Position numbers and translations under genes: made by a program. The notes below the pieces were generated by a model. The model had not been told where the DNA came from, ran no database searches, and saw only the letters and a list, made by a program, of their open reading frames with translations. This document shows positions 32,913 to 44,013 of a stretch of DNA of 64,000 nucleotides, piece after piece. The DNA is from an uncultured Bacillota bacterium. GTDB taxonomy: Bacteria > Sysuimicrobiota > Sysuimicrobiia > Sysuimicrobiales > Segetimicrobiaceae. The DNA is taken from positions 160,001 through 224,000 of the forward strand of contig CAWDRG010000009.1 in assembly GCA_963804645.1 (NCBI GenBank), in the 5' to 3' direction. Positions within the stretch are counted from its first letter, which is position 1; the number at the start of each line of letters is the position of its first letter.

Positions 32913-33857
32913 TCAAAATGCGGGCGGGGCCAACGGTCCTGAGTGTGCCGAAGGACTGACCCCGGGCGGCTTTCGCTCCAGAAACGCGCCGATCACCGCG
33001 ACGATCCGCGCAGGCGCGTCCTCCTGGAGGAAGTGGCTCGCGTCCTCGATCTCGTGCGCCTCCGCGTGCGGGTACCGGCGTTCCCACCAGCGGAGGACTG
33101 CAGGCGGCAACACAGGATCCAGCATCCCCCAGACCAGCAGTACGGGGATCGACGCAAACCTGGCCAGGTTATCCTCGATATGCTTCATGTCCCGGTACGA
33201 CGGGTCGCTCTCGCCCACCGGGATGTCCCGCGACCAGCAGAGCAGCGCTCGGCGAGACGCGGGGGTGGGAAACGGCGCCTGATACACGCCGAGGACCTCG
33301 GGGGTCAGCAGCGCCCGATAATGCGTCGTCCCGATGAGGGCTGGCTCGACGTATCCGTTTCGCTCGAGCACAAATCGCTCCCCTCTTGGCGAGCGGATGA
33401 TCTCGATCAGACGGGGAAACGGCGCGCCCGGCCATGGCGCGGACGCCCATGTATTCATGAGCACCAGTTTCGAGATCCGATCGGGGTGTCGCACCGCGAC
33501 GCCGAGCCCGACCGGACCACCCCAGTCGTGCAACACCAGTGTCGCGCGACGGAGGTCGAGATCGAGCAGCAGCGCCTCCAGGTTGTCGATGTGGTGGCGC
33601 AGGCGATAGGGGTACGGCGCGGCCGGCGTCTCGGACTTGCCCATACCCATGTGGTCCGGCACGATGCAGCGATGCCGTGCGGCCAGTGCTGGAACGAAGT
33701 TGCGGTACAAGAAGCCCCACGTCGGATCCCCGTGCACCAGGACGACAGGGTCGCCGCGCCCTTCGTCGACAAAATGCAGCCGCACACCGTTGACGGTCCG
33801 GAACTGTGCCGCAAACGGATACAGGCCCCCGAACGTCTCACGCTCGATCCCAAGCAT
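32913..33857 (-). CDS. Alpha/beta hydrolase (haloalkane dehalogenase/OleB-like)
   Basis: HGDPTW.FLYR, PDHMGMGKS, LHDWGG, WG..DPV, SHFLQED. Confidence 0.88.
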   Translation of the reverse strand: MLGIERETFGGLYPFAAQFRTVNGVRLHFVDEGRGDPVVLVHGDPTWGFLYRNFVPALAARHRCIVPDHMGMGKSETPAAPYPYRLRHHIDNLEALLLDLDLRRATLVLHDWGGPVGLGVAVRHPDRISKLVLMNTWASAPWPGAPFPRLIEIIRSPRGERFVLERNGYVEPALIGTTHYRALLTPEVLGVYQAPFPTPASRRALLCWSRDIPVGESDPSYRDMKHIEDNLARFASIPVLLVWGMLDPVLPPAVLRWWERRYPHAEAHEIEDASHFLQEDAPARIVAVIGAFLERKPPGVSPSAHSGPLAPPAF

Positions 33858-34086
33858 CGCTCGGCCCCCGCGTCGCCGCCGCCGCGCGACGCTCCATACC
33901 GTCCACGCACCATACTGGCCAGGTCGGCCGACGCCGTCCCGACTCCTTCGCCGCGTGCGAGTCGTGCCCTATCGTGGGACCGTCGATGCGACCGTCGGCT
34001 GCGGGACGGAAACGAGCACCGCGCCCGTCGGGACGATTTGGGGCCCCAGGACTTAGAGCGCGGTCGTGCGAACGTTACTTCACTGA

Positions 34087-35334
34087 ATGGACGACCCCAT
34101 CGCTTCCACGCCTTCTCCCGGGGTGGGCCCCGAACTCGCCGCATCGGCGACGGCGACCGGCCGGCCACCCGTCGCGCCGGTTCTCAACCTCCGGATCGCG
34201 CTCTTGGGCGCCGCCGGATTTCTGGTCGCGGTATCCTGGCAGTTTGTCACGCCCGTCCTGCCGGTCTATCTCTCCACCATCGGCTACAGCGCTGCGGCGA
34301 TTGGTATTCTTGCCAGCCTGCTGAGCCTGACGATGGGCCTCGTCGAGTCCGAGATCGGACGCATCACGGCCGCGTTCGGGCAGCGGTCGGCCCTGATCGC
34401 GGGGCTCGTGGTCAATGCCGCGGCGATGGCGTGGATCGTCCTCGCGCGGGCCACTTGGGGTGTCGCCGGAGGTCTGATCGGTGTCGGAGCGGCGCGCGCG
34501 ACCATCTGGTCCCCGCTCCACGCCAGCGTCGCCGCCACCGCATCCGAGGAAACGCGCGGCAGGGCGTTCGGAGTCTTCTGGACCCTCACCTCGGTCGCAT
34601 TTCTCACCGGGCCGGCGATCGGCGCGTACGTCGCGGAGCGGTTCGGCGTGCGCGCCGCGTTCTACCTCGGGAGCGCGGTCAGTCTCATCACCGTGGGGAT
34701 CGTGTTCGCCATCACCGAACCCCGCGCCCCGGCCACCAAGGAGCCCGCGGCGGCGGGGTGGGCCGTCCTGCGCAACCCGGTCGTGCTTCGGGTATGCCTG
34801 GTGAACCACTTCTACAACGCGATCTCGGCGATCTGGTCAACATTCCTGCCGCTGTACATGGTGCACCAGGGGTTGTCGGTCGTCACGATCGGCTGGCTGT
34901 TTGCGGTCCAGGGGCTGACGTACGCGTTGGTGCAGATTCCGACAGGCCGCCTCGCGGACAGGATCGGACCCGAGCGTCTGCTGCTGCCTGGCCTCGTGGG
35001 ACGGGCCTCCATGGTCCTTGTGGTTCCGCTGATGCACAGCGCGGGCCCGCTGCTGATCGCGGCGGCGGTCTTTGGGCTGACCGGCGGCACTGTTCCCGTG
35101 ACATTCACGATGCTGGTGGCGCGCTTCACATCGCGTGATCAGTACACGAGCGCCATGGGCGTCTACAACAGCTCGAGCGACCTAGGATTCTTCGTGGGCC
35201 CGCTGGTTGGCGGTGCGGCGGCCCTGCTTGGCATCGTGGCCCCGTTCCTCCTAGCACTGCCGATGGCGCTCGCCGGGATCTACATTGCGCGAAGCGGTCG
35301 TGCCGCGATCATGCGGGCGCAGCAGAACGCGTAG
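34087..35334 (+). CDS. MFS transporter
   Basis: About 12 hydrophobic segments, GRLADRIG motif. Confidence 0.9.
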   Translation: MDDPIASTPSPGVGPELAASATATGRPPVAPVLNLRIALLGAAGFLVAVSWQFVTPVLPVYLSTIGYSAAAIGILASLLSLTMGLVESEIGRITAAFGQRSALIAGLVVNAAAMAWIVLARATWGVAGGLIGVGAARATIWSPLHASVAATASEETRGRAFGVFWTLTSVAFLTGPAIGAYVAERFGVRAAFYLGSAVSLITVGIVFAITEPRAPATKEPAAAGWAVLRNPVVLRVCLVNHFYNAISAIWSTFLPLYMVHQGLSVVTIGWLFAVQGLTYALVQIPTGRLADRIGPERLLLPGLVGRASMVLVVPLMHSAGPLLIAAAVFGLTGGTVPVTFTMLVARFTSRDQYTSAMGVYNSSSDLGFFVGPLVGGAAALLGIVAPFLLALPMALAGIYIARSGRAAIMRAQQNA

Positions 35335-35498
35335 CCCGGGCCGGAGCTTGCAGCCTGGCCGTGCACCGCCACCCATGGCGAGGCCGTCTGCATGCCTCGC
35401 CCCCGTCGCATCGCTCGCTCTGACGCACATCGTCCGACACGCGCACAACGCGCTGTCCTGTGTTGTGACCGTCAAACCGTGAATGTTATACTGGCCGC

Positions 35499-35586
35499 GG
35501 AGGGATGGCAGAGTGGCCGATTGCGGCGGTCTTGAAAACCGCTAGGGGGAGACCCCTCGGGAGTTCGAATCTCCCTCCCTCCGCCA
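35499..35586 (+). tRNA. tRNA-Ser(TGA)
   Basis: GGAGGGATGGCAGAGTGG..GCGGT-CTTGAAA-ACCGC, long variable arm, GTTCGAATC, CCA end. Confidence 0.96.
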
Positions 35587-36150
35587 AGAACCCATGAACG
35601 ACATGGGTTAGCGCACAAGGCCTACAGTCCTGGTCCAGCCGTTTAGCCGAGAATTTGCTTCCTTGTACTACTTCGTACTACTCAGCGCTGAATCAATCTG
35701 AGACTGACGCAACGTCACGCACGACTTTGGATTGAAGAACACGAAGCACAGTTGGCGGCGCAAGCACCAGCTGAAACCGCTGCTGCCTCTGCTCGTCCGG
35801 ACGTGCGACAGATGAGTCGGAAAGAGTACAAGAAGCACAGAGAGGAAGCGATGCGCGACCTACGGCGAGCGCGCTAGGCCAGCGCAAATGGCGGATCAGG
35901 GACAGAGCCAGCGCCGGACGGGAGCCCGCCGACCGATGTCCGCAAGATGCCCAAGCAAGATTATGCCACCCACAAGCGCGCGGTGCTCACGGCTTTTCGG
36001 CGCGGGGCGGGCGGTTTTATCTGACGCGCTGTCGCTCCGCTCTTAAACATTTCGGCCCCCAGTCCAACACGGGCGAATCGGGACTAGGCTGGAAAGCCTA
36101 TGGGCGCACGGTACCGCACTGTGTAGAGTACGGACTAGGGGGAGACGCTA

Positions 36151-36261
36151 TTGACCACGTTCGACAGTTTCTTCGCCCACACTGAGGCGCTGACGTGGAG
36201 TATCGTCACGCTTGCGATCCTAGGTCTAATCGTGTACCTGTACACCCTCGTGCGCGGATAG
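36151..36261 (+). CDS. Putative 36-aa single-pass membrane peptide
   Basis: GGGGAG RBS, TTG start, MTTFDSFFAHTEALTWSIVTLAILGLIVYLYTLVRG*; below ORF-track cutoff. Confidence 0.45.
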   Translation: MTTFDSFFAHTEALTWSIVTLAILGLIVYLYTLVRG

Positions 36262-36277
36262 TCATGGCGGCTGCAGG

Positions 36278-36952
36278 ATGATCCGCCTCTTGATCGCCGA
36301 CGATCATGCCGTTTTTCGAGGAGCGCTCTCAACGGTGTTCCAGCGTCGCGCGGGCACACAGGATATCGAGATTGTCGGCGAGGCAAGCAGTGGACGTGAG
36401 GCCATCGCCTGCGCGCTCGAACTTCATCCGCACGTCGTTCTGCTTGACATTAGAATGCCCGACGGCAACGGATTGGAGGCTGCGAGAGCCATCCGGAAGG
36501 AATGCCCCGATACGCAGATCGTGATTCTGAGTGCGTACAGCAATCAGGAGTTCCTTCAGACAGCTGTTGCCGCCGGTGCCGTGGGATATCTGACGAAGGA
36601 CATCGATGCCGAGAGTCTCATCGCGGCCATCCATGCCGCGCACGAGGGCAAGACGACGATCAGTCCCGAGATCGCCCAGCAACTGTTCCGTAACATGGCG
36701 CACACCGATCCGAGAACTCTGTCGGCGCACTCGAAAATCTTGAGCACCCGAGAGTTAGAAATCCTCACCGCCGTTGCCAGCGGACTCGGTGACAAAGAGA
36801 TCGCCGCAAAGTTGGGCCTCTCAGAATCTACAGTCAAGACCCACCTACGAACAATTTTTCACAAGTTGGGCGCTCGGAACCGTTCTCAAGCGTCGGCTAT
36901 CGCCATCGAAAAATCGCTGATAGGTCGTCCCCCGCAGGGCGACTGGAATTGA
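36278..36952 (+). CDS. NarL/LuxR-family response regulator (no adjacent kinase)
   Basis: IADDH, LLDIRMP, GYLTK receiver; LSTRELEIL...STVKTHL HTH. Confidence 0.93.
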   Translation: MIRLLIADDHAVFRGALSTVFQRRAGTQDIEIVGEASSGREAIACALELHPHVVLLDIRMPDGNGLEAARAIRKECPDTQIVILSAYSNQEFLQTAVAAGAVGYLTKDIDAESLIAAIHAAHEGKTTISPEIAQQLFRNMAHTDPRTLSAHSKILSTRELEILTAVASGLGDKEIAAKLGLSESTVKTHLRTIFHKLGARNRSQASAIAIEKSLIGRPPQGDWN

Positions 36953-37012
36953 GAGCGGACGCGGAGTCAGCCCACGCGCGCAATGAATCCCACCTCGCCC
37001 ACCTTATTTCAT

Positions 37013-38508
37013 CCTGAATCCGGCGTCATTTCTCCGGATCACGCAAGTGCTTCCGACGGCAGATCAGCGCCTAGCATAGCGTAGCGCACGTCGCAGAGGG
37101 ATTATGGGCCTTTGCCAATAACCCTGCTTTGGTAGGTATTATTGGCAAGTACCATTTTCGCGCGATTTCCGACGCCCAATGCGCCATCGGCGTGGTCCCA
37201 AACGCGTTCGCGTGGTCTTCACGCAAGACCACCTCACTCGCTTTGGCGGCGTCTACTTGTTGCATCGATTCTGTCAACAACTGCATCTGCGCCGACGGTT
37301 TCACCGCGAGGTCTCTTTCGCGCAGCGCAACAATTCGTACAGCATCCCGGAAATGCTGCTGGCGCTCCTGTATCCAATGATCCTGGGCCTTGGGCGCGTC
37401 GAGACCACAGAACTCCTTCGCCACAACGGCGTCTTCCAGGCGCTCACGGGCTTGCCAGCGTATCCGGATCCCACCGCACTGCGTCGATTCCTCCGCCGCT
37501 TCGCGTTGCGCGGCTTACCGAAATTTCGTCGGTTGCACGATCGCTTGCTCAGCGAGTTATGCCAGCGCCCGCGGCCACTCCGTCGCGTGTTGTTCGACTT
37601 AGACTCCACCGTACTCACGCTGTACGGGCATCAGGAGAAAGCTCGCATCGGGTACAATCCGCGCAAGTGGGGCCGCCCTTCTTATCACCCGCTCGTCTGC
37701 TTTGAGGCCCAAACCAAGGACTTTTGGCACGGAGAACTACGCGCCGGCGACGTGCATACGGCTGTGGGGGCGGTCTGGTTGCTGAAGGCATGTTTCGCCA
37801 AGCTGCCCGCTACAGTGCATCAAATAAGGGTGCGCGCCGATGCTGGCTTCTTCGACTATAAAGTCATCCGCGCCATTGAGGCGCACCGCGGAAAGTTCGT
37901 CATCGTGGCGCGGCTCACGCGGCCCCTGCAACGGATTGTCCCGGGGTTGCGCTACACGGAGGTCCGTCCCGGGCTCGCGATGGCGGAGTGCCGGTACCAG
38001 CCGCATGGATGGCCGGAGCCGTACCGTTTCGTCATTGTGCGCAAAGCACTGCCGGTGGAGGAGAGTGCCCAGACGACCCTATTCAATCTGGGGCGCTTCT
38101 CGTACCATGCGTTCGTCACCAACCTCCGTCTTCGCCCCCGCGCCGTGTATCGTTTCTACAATGCGCGCGCGGCCGTCGAACTGATCATCAAGGAACTACG
38201 CGCGGACTATCCGCTGGCCAAGATCCCCACCGGGCAGTTCGCCGCCAACGAAGCGTACTTTCATCTCCTGTTCCTCGGTTACAATATCGTGAACTGGTTC
38301 CAGCGCTTGTGCCTGCCTACCGACTATCACGCGATGACCCTCGGGACTCTCCGCCCTCGGCTACTCATGATTCCCGGAGAGTTCGTGCACACCCGGGAAG
38401 GACCGACCCTGCGGTTGCCCTCCTCCCCCTCGGAACAGAAGGCGATCAGGTACGCCCTCTCCCACATAGACCGACTCCGGTTCTGACCACTTTCACGCCG
38501 GATTCAGG
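37013..38508 (+). mobile_element. Complete IS1380-family element
   Basis: Perfect 14-bp IRs CCTGAATCCGGCGT / ACGCCGGATTCAGG; 5-bp target duplication TTCAT (37008-37012, 38509-38513). Confidence 0.93.
37179..38486 (+). CDS. IS1380-family transposase
   Basis: LTRFGG, FDLDST, YHPL, VRADAGF, FYNARAAVELIIKELR. Confidence 0.93.
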   Translation: MRHRRGPKRVRVVFTQDHLTRFGGVYLLHRFCQQLHLRRRFHREVSFAQRNNSYSIPEMLLALLYPMILGLGRVETTELLRHNGVFQALTGLPAYPDPTALRRFLRRFALRGLPKFRRLHDRLLSELCQRPRPLRRVLFDLDSTVLTLYGHQEKARIGYNPRKWGRPSYHPLVCFEAQTKDFWHGELRAGDVHTAVGAVWLLKACFAKLPATVHQIRVRADAGFFDYKVIRAIEAHRGKFVIVARLTRPLQRIVPGLRYTEVRPGLAMAECRYQPHGWPEPYRFVIVRKALPVEESAQTTLFNLGRFSYHAFVTNLRLRPRAVYRFYNARAAVELIIKELRADYPLAKIPTGQFAANEAYFHLLFLGYNIVNWFQRLCLPTDYHAMTLGTLRPRLLMIPGEFVHTREGPTLRLPSSPSEQKAIRYALSHIDRLRF

Positions 38509-38624
38509 TTCATTGGAGTTTCCACCCGGACGTGAGACGGGGCGCTTCGACAGTTCACTCTGACAGGGGCTTGTCACGATCGGCCGCAGAATCGAGGGCA
38601 CAAACGCACGGTGAAGGATCCCAT

Positions 38625-38882
38625 ATGCCACTCTATACGCTGAGGCTATACTTCGGGGATAGCGCCCTGGAAGCAGAATTGGCAGAGCATGAAGCTGTGC
38701 CCGAGAGCATCCGGCGGAACATCTGGACGAGGAAGCGTTACGCTGATGATGATGCGGGTATCGTGGCGTTCGTCCAGAGCCTGGAGCGTCGGGACGAAGG
38801 TAGGATTCGCAAGGTCCTGGAGATTCGCGACGAGAGCGGTCGAGTTGTCGAAAGACCGGTGCGTACGGCAGCGAACCTGTGA
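38625..38882 (+). CDS. Small hypothetical protein
   Basis: AAGGA RBS before ATG (MPLYTLRLYFG...); protein-like composition. Confidence 0.5.
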   Translation: MPLYTLRLYFGDSALEAELAEHEAVPESIRRNIWTRKRYADDDAGIVAFVQSLERRDEGRIRKVLEIRDESGRVVERPVRTAANL

Positions 38883-39636
38883 AGGCAACGGGCCTCTTAT
38901 TCTGCCCGCCGCCATCATGGTGCGTGGAGCGTTACTTCTTGCCGTCGGTCCCCAACACGCTATAGATCACGCGCCCGTCCTTCCGAGCGCCACGACTGCC
39001 ACGCGAAACCTCGAAGCCTTTGGCTGAAAGCGCCGAGACGGGCGCGGTGAACTGCTGACCCTTCTCATCGCTCGCCAACACGATGAGTTCCACGAGCCGC
39101 CGTGCCGCCGTTCCCTTCTCCGTCGTCTTCGCCTTGGTCTTCCCAGCCTTCGTCGCTGTGATCGTGCGATGCGTAGGTGGCAAGACGGCTTGGTAAGATG
39201 CGAGACACAACTCGTTGACGTGGAATACTCTCGTGGTGCTGGAAGAGTTCCAGGGTGACAAGACGGTTCAAGTTTGGAGTGATAATAGGGATAGCACGGT
39301 GACGATGATAAGAGTTAGGCAAGTCGTCCCTTTTTTGTTCATTAGGATTCGCCGAGACACAAGATCCACCTCGCTAACCCGGATAATTCACGTTGTTGAG
39401 GGCAAGAGGTGCCCTTGGTGCTAGAAACGCCTTGGTAGATCGGCATTTGAGGCCGGTCAGAAGGCGTCATCTTGCTGAAGAATATCACGACACCGTGTTT
39501 GTAATCATGCGCCCGCTCCGCCGATCTCCGCCGATAACTCCTGATCGACCGTGCCCTGGGGCTCTCCGCCATCGCTCGTTCCATCCTCGCCCGTCGGTTC
39601 ACAGGCATCACCAGCGGATGAGAATCGAACACCGCG

Positions 39637-40113
39637 TCACTCAGGCCGGAATAGATCGAGTTGCCCCTTGGGTAAACGACGGAGGCGGCGGCCAAAGGTC
39701 CGGATCCTTGCGCGGAGGCGGTGGCCTACACGGGGTGGCTTGTCGATCTGTCCTCTGCGAACGATCCGCAGCTTCTGCTCCCAACGGGCCCGGAAGCGCA
39801 GTGCCTCTGGGATACGTGGAAGGATATCCTGCCCAGCACGTGCGTTTCCCTCACGAACCGCTCTTGAAAGGGCGGCTGCGACGAGATCACGCGCCGTCTC
39901 GGTATCTTCTCGTGTGGCACCAAGCGCCTCCAAGTCCGTGTACCAGTCGAGAAAAATGCGGTCAGACAATTCTGCAATGGGCGTGAAGCCAATGTACGGC
40001 GACACATAGGACCGCACGAGTCCCCGATAGGGGACGTCTTCAAACGGTCTGGCAGCCGCTACGCTGCGAAGCCAGTTGTCGACACAGTCATTAATGCTCA
40101 AGTGTTGGCTCAT
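39637..40113 (-). pseudogene. Tyrosine-integrase N-terminal (core-binding) domain without catalytic domain
   Basis: SINDCVDNWL...YRGLVRSYVSPYIG..PIAELS...WY..L.....L.AAL..AV.EG pattern; no R-H-R-Y residues. Confidence 0.55.
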
Positions 40114-40258
40114 GGCACGACGACCACACTCAGCCGAATAATTCATTTTTTCCGGCCAGAAACCCGCTTCCCGCGAGAAACGTACAGGGATCGAGGCCAA
40201 GGGTGTCGTAATAATGATAGCGTATACGCTATCACTATAGCACGCCACGGAGGCCTGC

Positions 40259-40576
40259 ATGCCGTCGTCTCGGACGTCGACCACCCCCGCGCTCCTCTTA
40301 CGTGGTTCCCTCATCACGCTGAAACGGAAGTGCGGGCGGCCCGGGTGCCGCTGTGCCCGGGGCGAGCTCCATACGACGCTAGCGCTCTCGTACAGCACGG
40401 GCGGGGTGACCCAGATGGTGATGCTGCACGACGCGGTGCTCCCGGTGGTGCAGGCGGCGCTGGCCCGCTACCACCGCGCGCAAGGGCTCCTCGAGCGGCA
40501 AGTGCAGGCCAGTGTGATGACGCTGCGGGCCCAGATCGCACGCGAGAAGGCCGCGACGCGGCGTGGACGGCGATGA
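40259..40576 (+). CDS. DUF6788-like small Cys/His protein
   Basis: LRGSL....RKCGRPGCRCARGELH motif; stop overlaps transposase start (ATGA). Confidence 0.7.
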   Translation: MPSSRTSTTPALLLRGSLITLKRKCGRPGCRCARGELHTTLALSYSTGGVTQMVMLHDAVLPVVQAALARYHRAQGLLERQVQASVMTLRAQIAREKAATRRGRR

Positions 40577-41983
40577 TGCCGATGCCCGTGCTCACCGCGC
40601 GCGCGACGCCGACGGCCGGACTGCTGTTTCCGGGGCTGTTCCCGAAACCGATCGTCGTCGAGTGCGATCAGGCCCAGGGCAGTTCGGACGGCGGGGCCAT
40701 TCTGCTCCGGGCCGCCGATGTCCGGCTCAGCTTGACCGCGTTGCTGGCCGGTTGTGTGAAGGATCCGCGCCAACCCGGGAAAGTGGAACACGACTTTGAG
40801 GCCCTGCTGGCGCAACGCGTGTACAGCATTGCGTGTGGCTACGCGGATGCCAATGACGCGGCGCGCTTGGCGCACGATCCCATCCACAAATTGCTCTTGG
40901 GGCGGGATCCACTGGCGGGCGCGGCCTTGGCCTCGCAACCGACGCTCTCGCGGTTCGAGAATGCCGTCGACACCAAGGACCTATACCGGATGGGCGAAGC
41001 GCTGGCGGCGCGGGTGATCGAGCGCCATCGGCGCCGCCTGCACGGCCGGGCGAAGCGCATCACGATCGACCTCGACCCGACCGATGACCCCACCCACGGT
41101 GCGCAGCAATTGACCTTTTGGAATGGGCATTACGACACGTGGTGCTATCTGCCCCTCGTCGCCTTTCTGACCTTCAACAATGAGCCAGAGCAATATCTGG
41201 TCGCCGCGGTGTTGCGGCCGGGCAATGCGTCGGCAAAGGACGGGGCGCTCGGGATCTTGCGGCGCCTCCTGGCCCGGGTGCGGGAGGCGTTTCCCCTGGC
41301 CTGCATTCGGGTGCGGTTGGACGGCGGGTTCGCCGGGCCGGAGGTGTTGACGTTCCTCGAGGCCCAGCCGGGGGTCGCGTATGTGGTGGCGATGGCCAAG
41401 AATGACGTGCTGCTTCGCATTGCGGAGCGCGCGATGCGGCAGGCGCGGAAGCAGTCGAAAACGAGTGGGCAGACCGAGCACATCTACGGCGAGGGCCGCT
41501 ATGCGGCCAAGAGTTGGAAGGGGACGCTGCGGCGGGTGATTTTCAAGGCCGAGGTCGTCCGGCTCGCCGGCCGCGCGCCCAAAGACAACCCGCGGTTCCT
41601 CATCACCAATCTCAAACGGAGCCCGCGGTGGATCTATGCGCACGTGTACTGTGAGCGGGGCGACATCGAGAACCGCATCAAAGAACTCCATGAGGGCCTG
41701 CAGATCGATCGCACCGAGCTGCTCCACGTTCCTCGCCAACCAGTTCCGCGTCCTGCTGACGGCGGCGGCCTACGTGTTACTGCAGGAGGTGCGGCTGCGG
41801 GCGGCGGGCACGGCGTGTGCGCGCGCCCAGGTCGGGACCTTGCGCGAACGGCTGCTGAAGCTCGGCGCGCAGGTGGAAGTCTCCGTGCGCCGCGTGGTCA
41901 TTCATTTCCCCGTCGCGTTCCCGTTCCGGAGCAGCTTCGACAAGATCGCCTTGGCCTTCGGCGGGCTGCTCAGATTCAGATAG
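40573..41983 (+). CDS. IS1380-family transposase (frameshift near 41715)
   Basis: SSDGG.ILL, LASQPTLSRFEN, IDLDPTDDP, VRLDGGF, YCERGDIENRIKE; C-terminus ANQFR.LL in the next frame. Confidence 0.9.
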
Positions 41984-42234
41984 CACCACTCAGCCACATT
42001 TCGTAGGTCGTGCCCGCAGCACATCCGCACGGGATAGCTATCTTCCGATGCGGTCTCAAATTGGCATTGCGCCACTGAACACCCGTTCGAATGCACCCGC
42101 TCGGCTCGTATCGACCTCTCAATGCACATCCAGTACACTGAGATCGCCCGTCGCAGTCGGTTCATGAATAATCCGGGCTAAGGACATGCTGGAAGGGTAA
42201 CCTAGACCAGCGAGGACCGGTGGGAGGATACCGT

Positions 42235-43236
42235 ATGCGCGGGCGCCTTCTAGGATTGCTGGGAGCAATGTTGTTGACGATCCAGATTGGGGTACTCGGT
42301 GGATCTGCGCAGACGCCTCCCTCTCCAGGCACATCTTCTCCACCTTCTTTTCAAATCTATGCCACTGATTTCACCAACGCTCGGGTTGTTCGGATGGACG
42401 ACATGACCGGAGCGGGCTGGACCACATTGGGGACCGAGGGCAGTGGGACGAACCAGTTCCACGAACCGCGAGGGGTTTTCGTCGACGCAGCCCGACGGAT
42501 CTACGTGGCGGATAGCTGGAACGACCGGATCGTCCGGATGGACGATATGACGGGCAAAGGATGGAGGCGGATCGGCGAACACTCAAGTTACTTGTTCACA
42601 AGTCCGTTTAATGCTCCCGACGGTATCGCGGCTGACGAAGGAGGGAACGTCTATGTGGCGGATGCCGCCTGCATCACGCATGTGAACAGTAATCGGATGT
42701 CGCAGGGTGAGCTGGGCGGGCTCTCGTGCCTAAGCTTTCGGGGCGCTCTCTTCAGCGCGAGGACTCCGGCACCGGTGTCGCCTGGAGGATTAGCCCTCGA
42801 TGCAATGGGCCGAATCTACGTGACGGACGATGACAGTTTCCGCATTATTCGCATGGATGACATGAAAGCAGCCGGCTGGACACCGATGGGCGGACCGGGG
42901 AATGGTGCAGGGCAATTCCGCTATCCTCGGGGGATTGCCGTCGATTCTGGGGGCCACATCTACGTGGCTGATTCTGCAAACGACCGGATCGTACGAATCG
43001 ACGACATGACAGGTGCCGGATGGAGGTCCTTGGGGACCCACGGCAATGGCACAAATCAGTTCAGCGCGCCAATAGGGATCGCTGTAGATGAGCGCAGTCG
43101 AATCTATGTGGCCGATTCCGGTAATCACCGCATCGTGCGAATCGACGACATGACGGGGGCCGGATGGACGACCCTGGGCACTCTGGGTGACGGCACCGAT
43201 CAATTCGGCGAGCCCTTTGGGATCTACGTTCGCTGA
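42235..43236 (+). CDS. Secreted NHL-repeat beta-propeller protein
   Basis: Repeats of QFxxPxGIAVD..G.IYVADS.NxRIVR.DDMTGAGW; signal peptide. Confidence 0.9.
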   Translation: MRGRLLGLLGAMLLTIQIGVLGGSAQTPPSPGTSSPPSFQIYATDFTNARVVRMDDMTGAGWTTLGTEGSGTNQFHEPRGVFVDAARRIYVADSWNDRIVRMDDMTGKGWRRIGEHSSYLFTSPFNAPDGIAADEGGNVYVADAACITHVNSNRMSQGELGGLSCLSFRGALFSARTPAPVSPGGLALDAMGRIYVTDDDSFRIIRMDDMKAAGWTPMGGPGNGAGQFRYPRGIAVDSGGHIYVADSANDRIVRIDDMTGAGWRSLGTHGNGTNQFSAPIGIAVDERSRIYVADSGNHRIVRIDDMTGAGWTTLGTLGDGTDQFGEPFGIYVR

Positions 43237-43410
43237 CCGTTTGACGTCAACGAGGAAACGTGCGTGCACCGGGCAATGGTGAAGCACACGGAAGGGTGTT
43301 CCAATTGGAGGACCATTTCGCCGTCCAGTTCGCAGTGCCGCTCGTAGTGTTTGCTCTGATGGCGATCGTCGGGACTGACATTTGAAAGTAGCGAAGGGAG
43401 ATGATCGCTC

Positions 43411-44013
43411 ATGAAACTGTTGCGGAAACTCACGATTGGGGCAATGTTCCTGGCGATGGGAAGCCTGCTGGTTGCGGGGGGCATGCATGCAATTCCGGCC
43501 AACGCGGCGGCGCAGGGAAGCTACATGACACCCGTGGATCTCTTCAACACCCCGACCCCGGCCATGGACAACCCGAAGGAGGCCTTTACTACGCTCAAGA
43601 AGGCGATCGACTACGCCGGCCTGACGGGCACACTGCAGAACGCAGGCCCGCTGACCATGTTCGCGCCCGATGACCGCGCGTTTGCGGCGCTGCCGACCGG
43701 CACGCTCGACGCGCTGATCAAGAACAAGGCCGAGCTGGCGACGGTGCTCAAGTACCACGTGATCGTCGGGCAGGCCATCTTGGCGTCGGACCTCCCGAAG
43801 ATGAAGACCGCCAAGACGCTCGAGGGAGGCATACTCACGTTCGCGACGTCCAACGCGGCCATGGGCCAGACAATGCTGTCCGGCAACCGGGGCAACACCG
43901 CGCCCGGCGGACAGGTGATCACGGTCAACGGCGCGACGATCATCTGGGCCGACATCAAGGTCTCGAATGGGATCGTCCACGCGATCGACAAGGTGCTCAT
44001 GCCCAAGATGTAG
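43411..44013 (+). CDS. Fasciclin (FAS1) domain secreted protein
   Basis: TMFAPDDRAF, VLKYHVI, SNGIVHAIDKVL. Confidence 0.92.
   Translation: MKLLRKLTIGAMFLAMGSLLVAGGMHAIPANAAAQGSYMTPVDLFNTPTPAMDNPKEAFTTLKKAIDYAGLTGTLQNAGPLTMFAPDDRAFAALPTGTLDALIKNKAELATVLKYHVIVGQAILASDLPKMKTAKTLEGGILTFATSNAAMGQTMLSGNRGNTAPGGQVITVNGATIIWADIKVSNGIVHAIDKVLMPKM

Larger units (their letters stand above)
40133..42177 (+). mobile_element. Second IS1380-family element with small upstream ORF
   Basis: Imperfect IRs GCCGAATAATTCAT / ATGAATAATCCGGG; flanks CTCAG/CTAAG match only imperfectly. Confidence 0.75.

Noticed and set aside
36985..37003. GAATCCCACCTCGCCCACC as another tRNA att fragment
   Set aside because: Short, lacks GGTTC, and does not match the tRNA-Ser 3' end.
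42235..43236. Nucleotide repeats as a DGR or array
   Set aside because: They are in-frame NHL protein repeats; no reverse transcriptase in the window.
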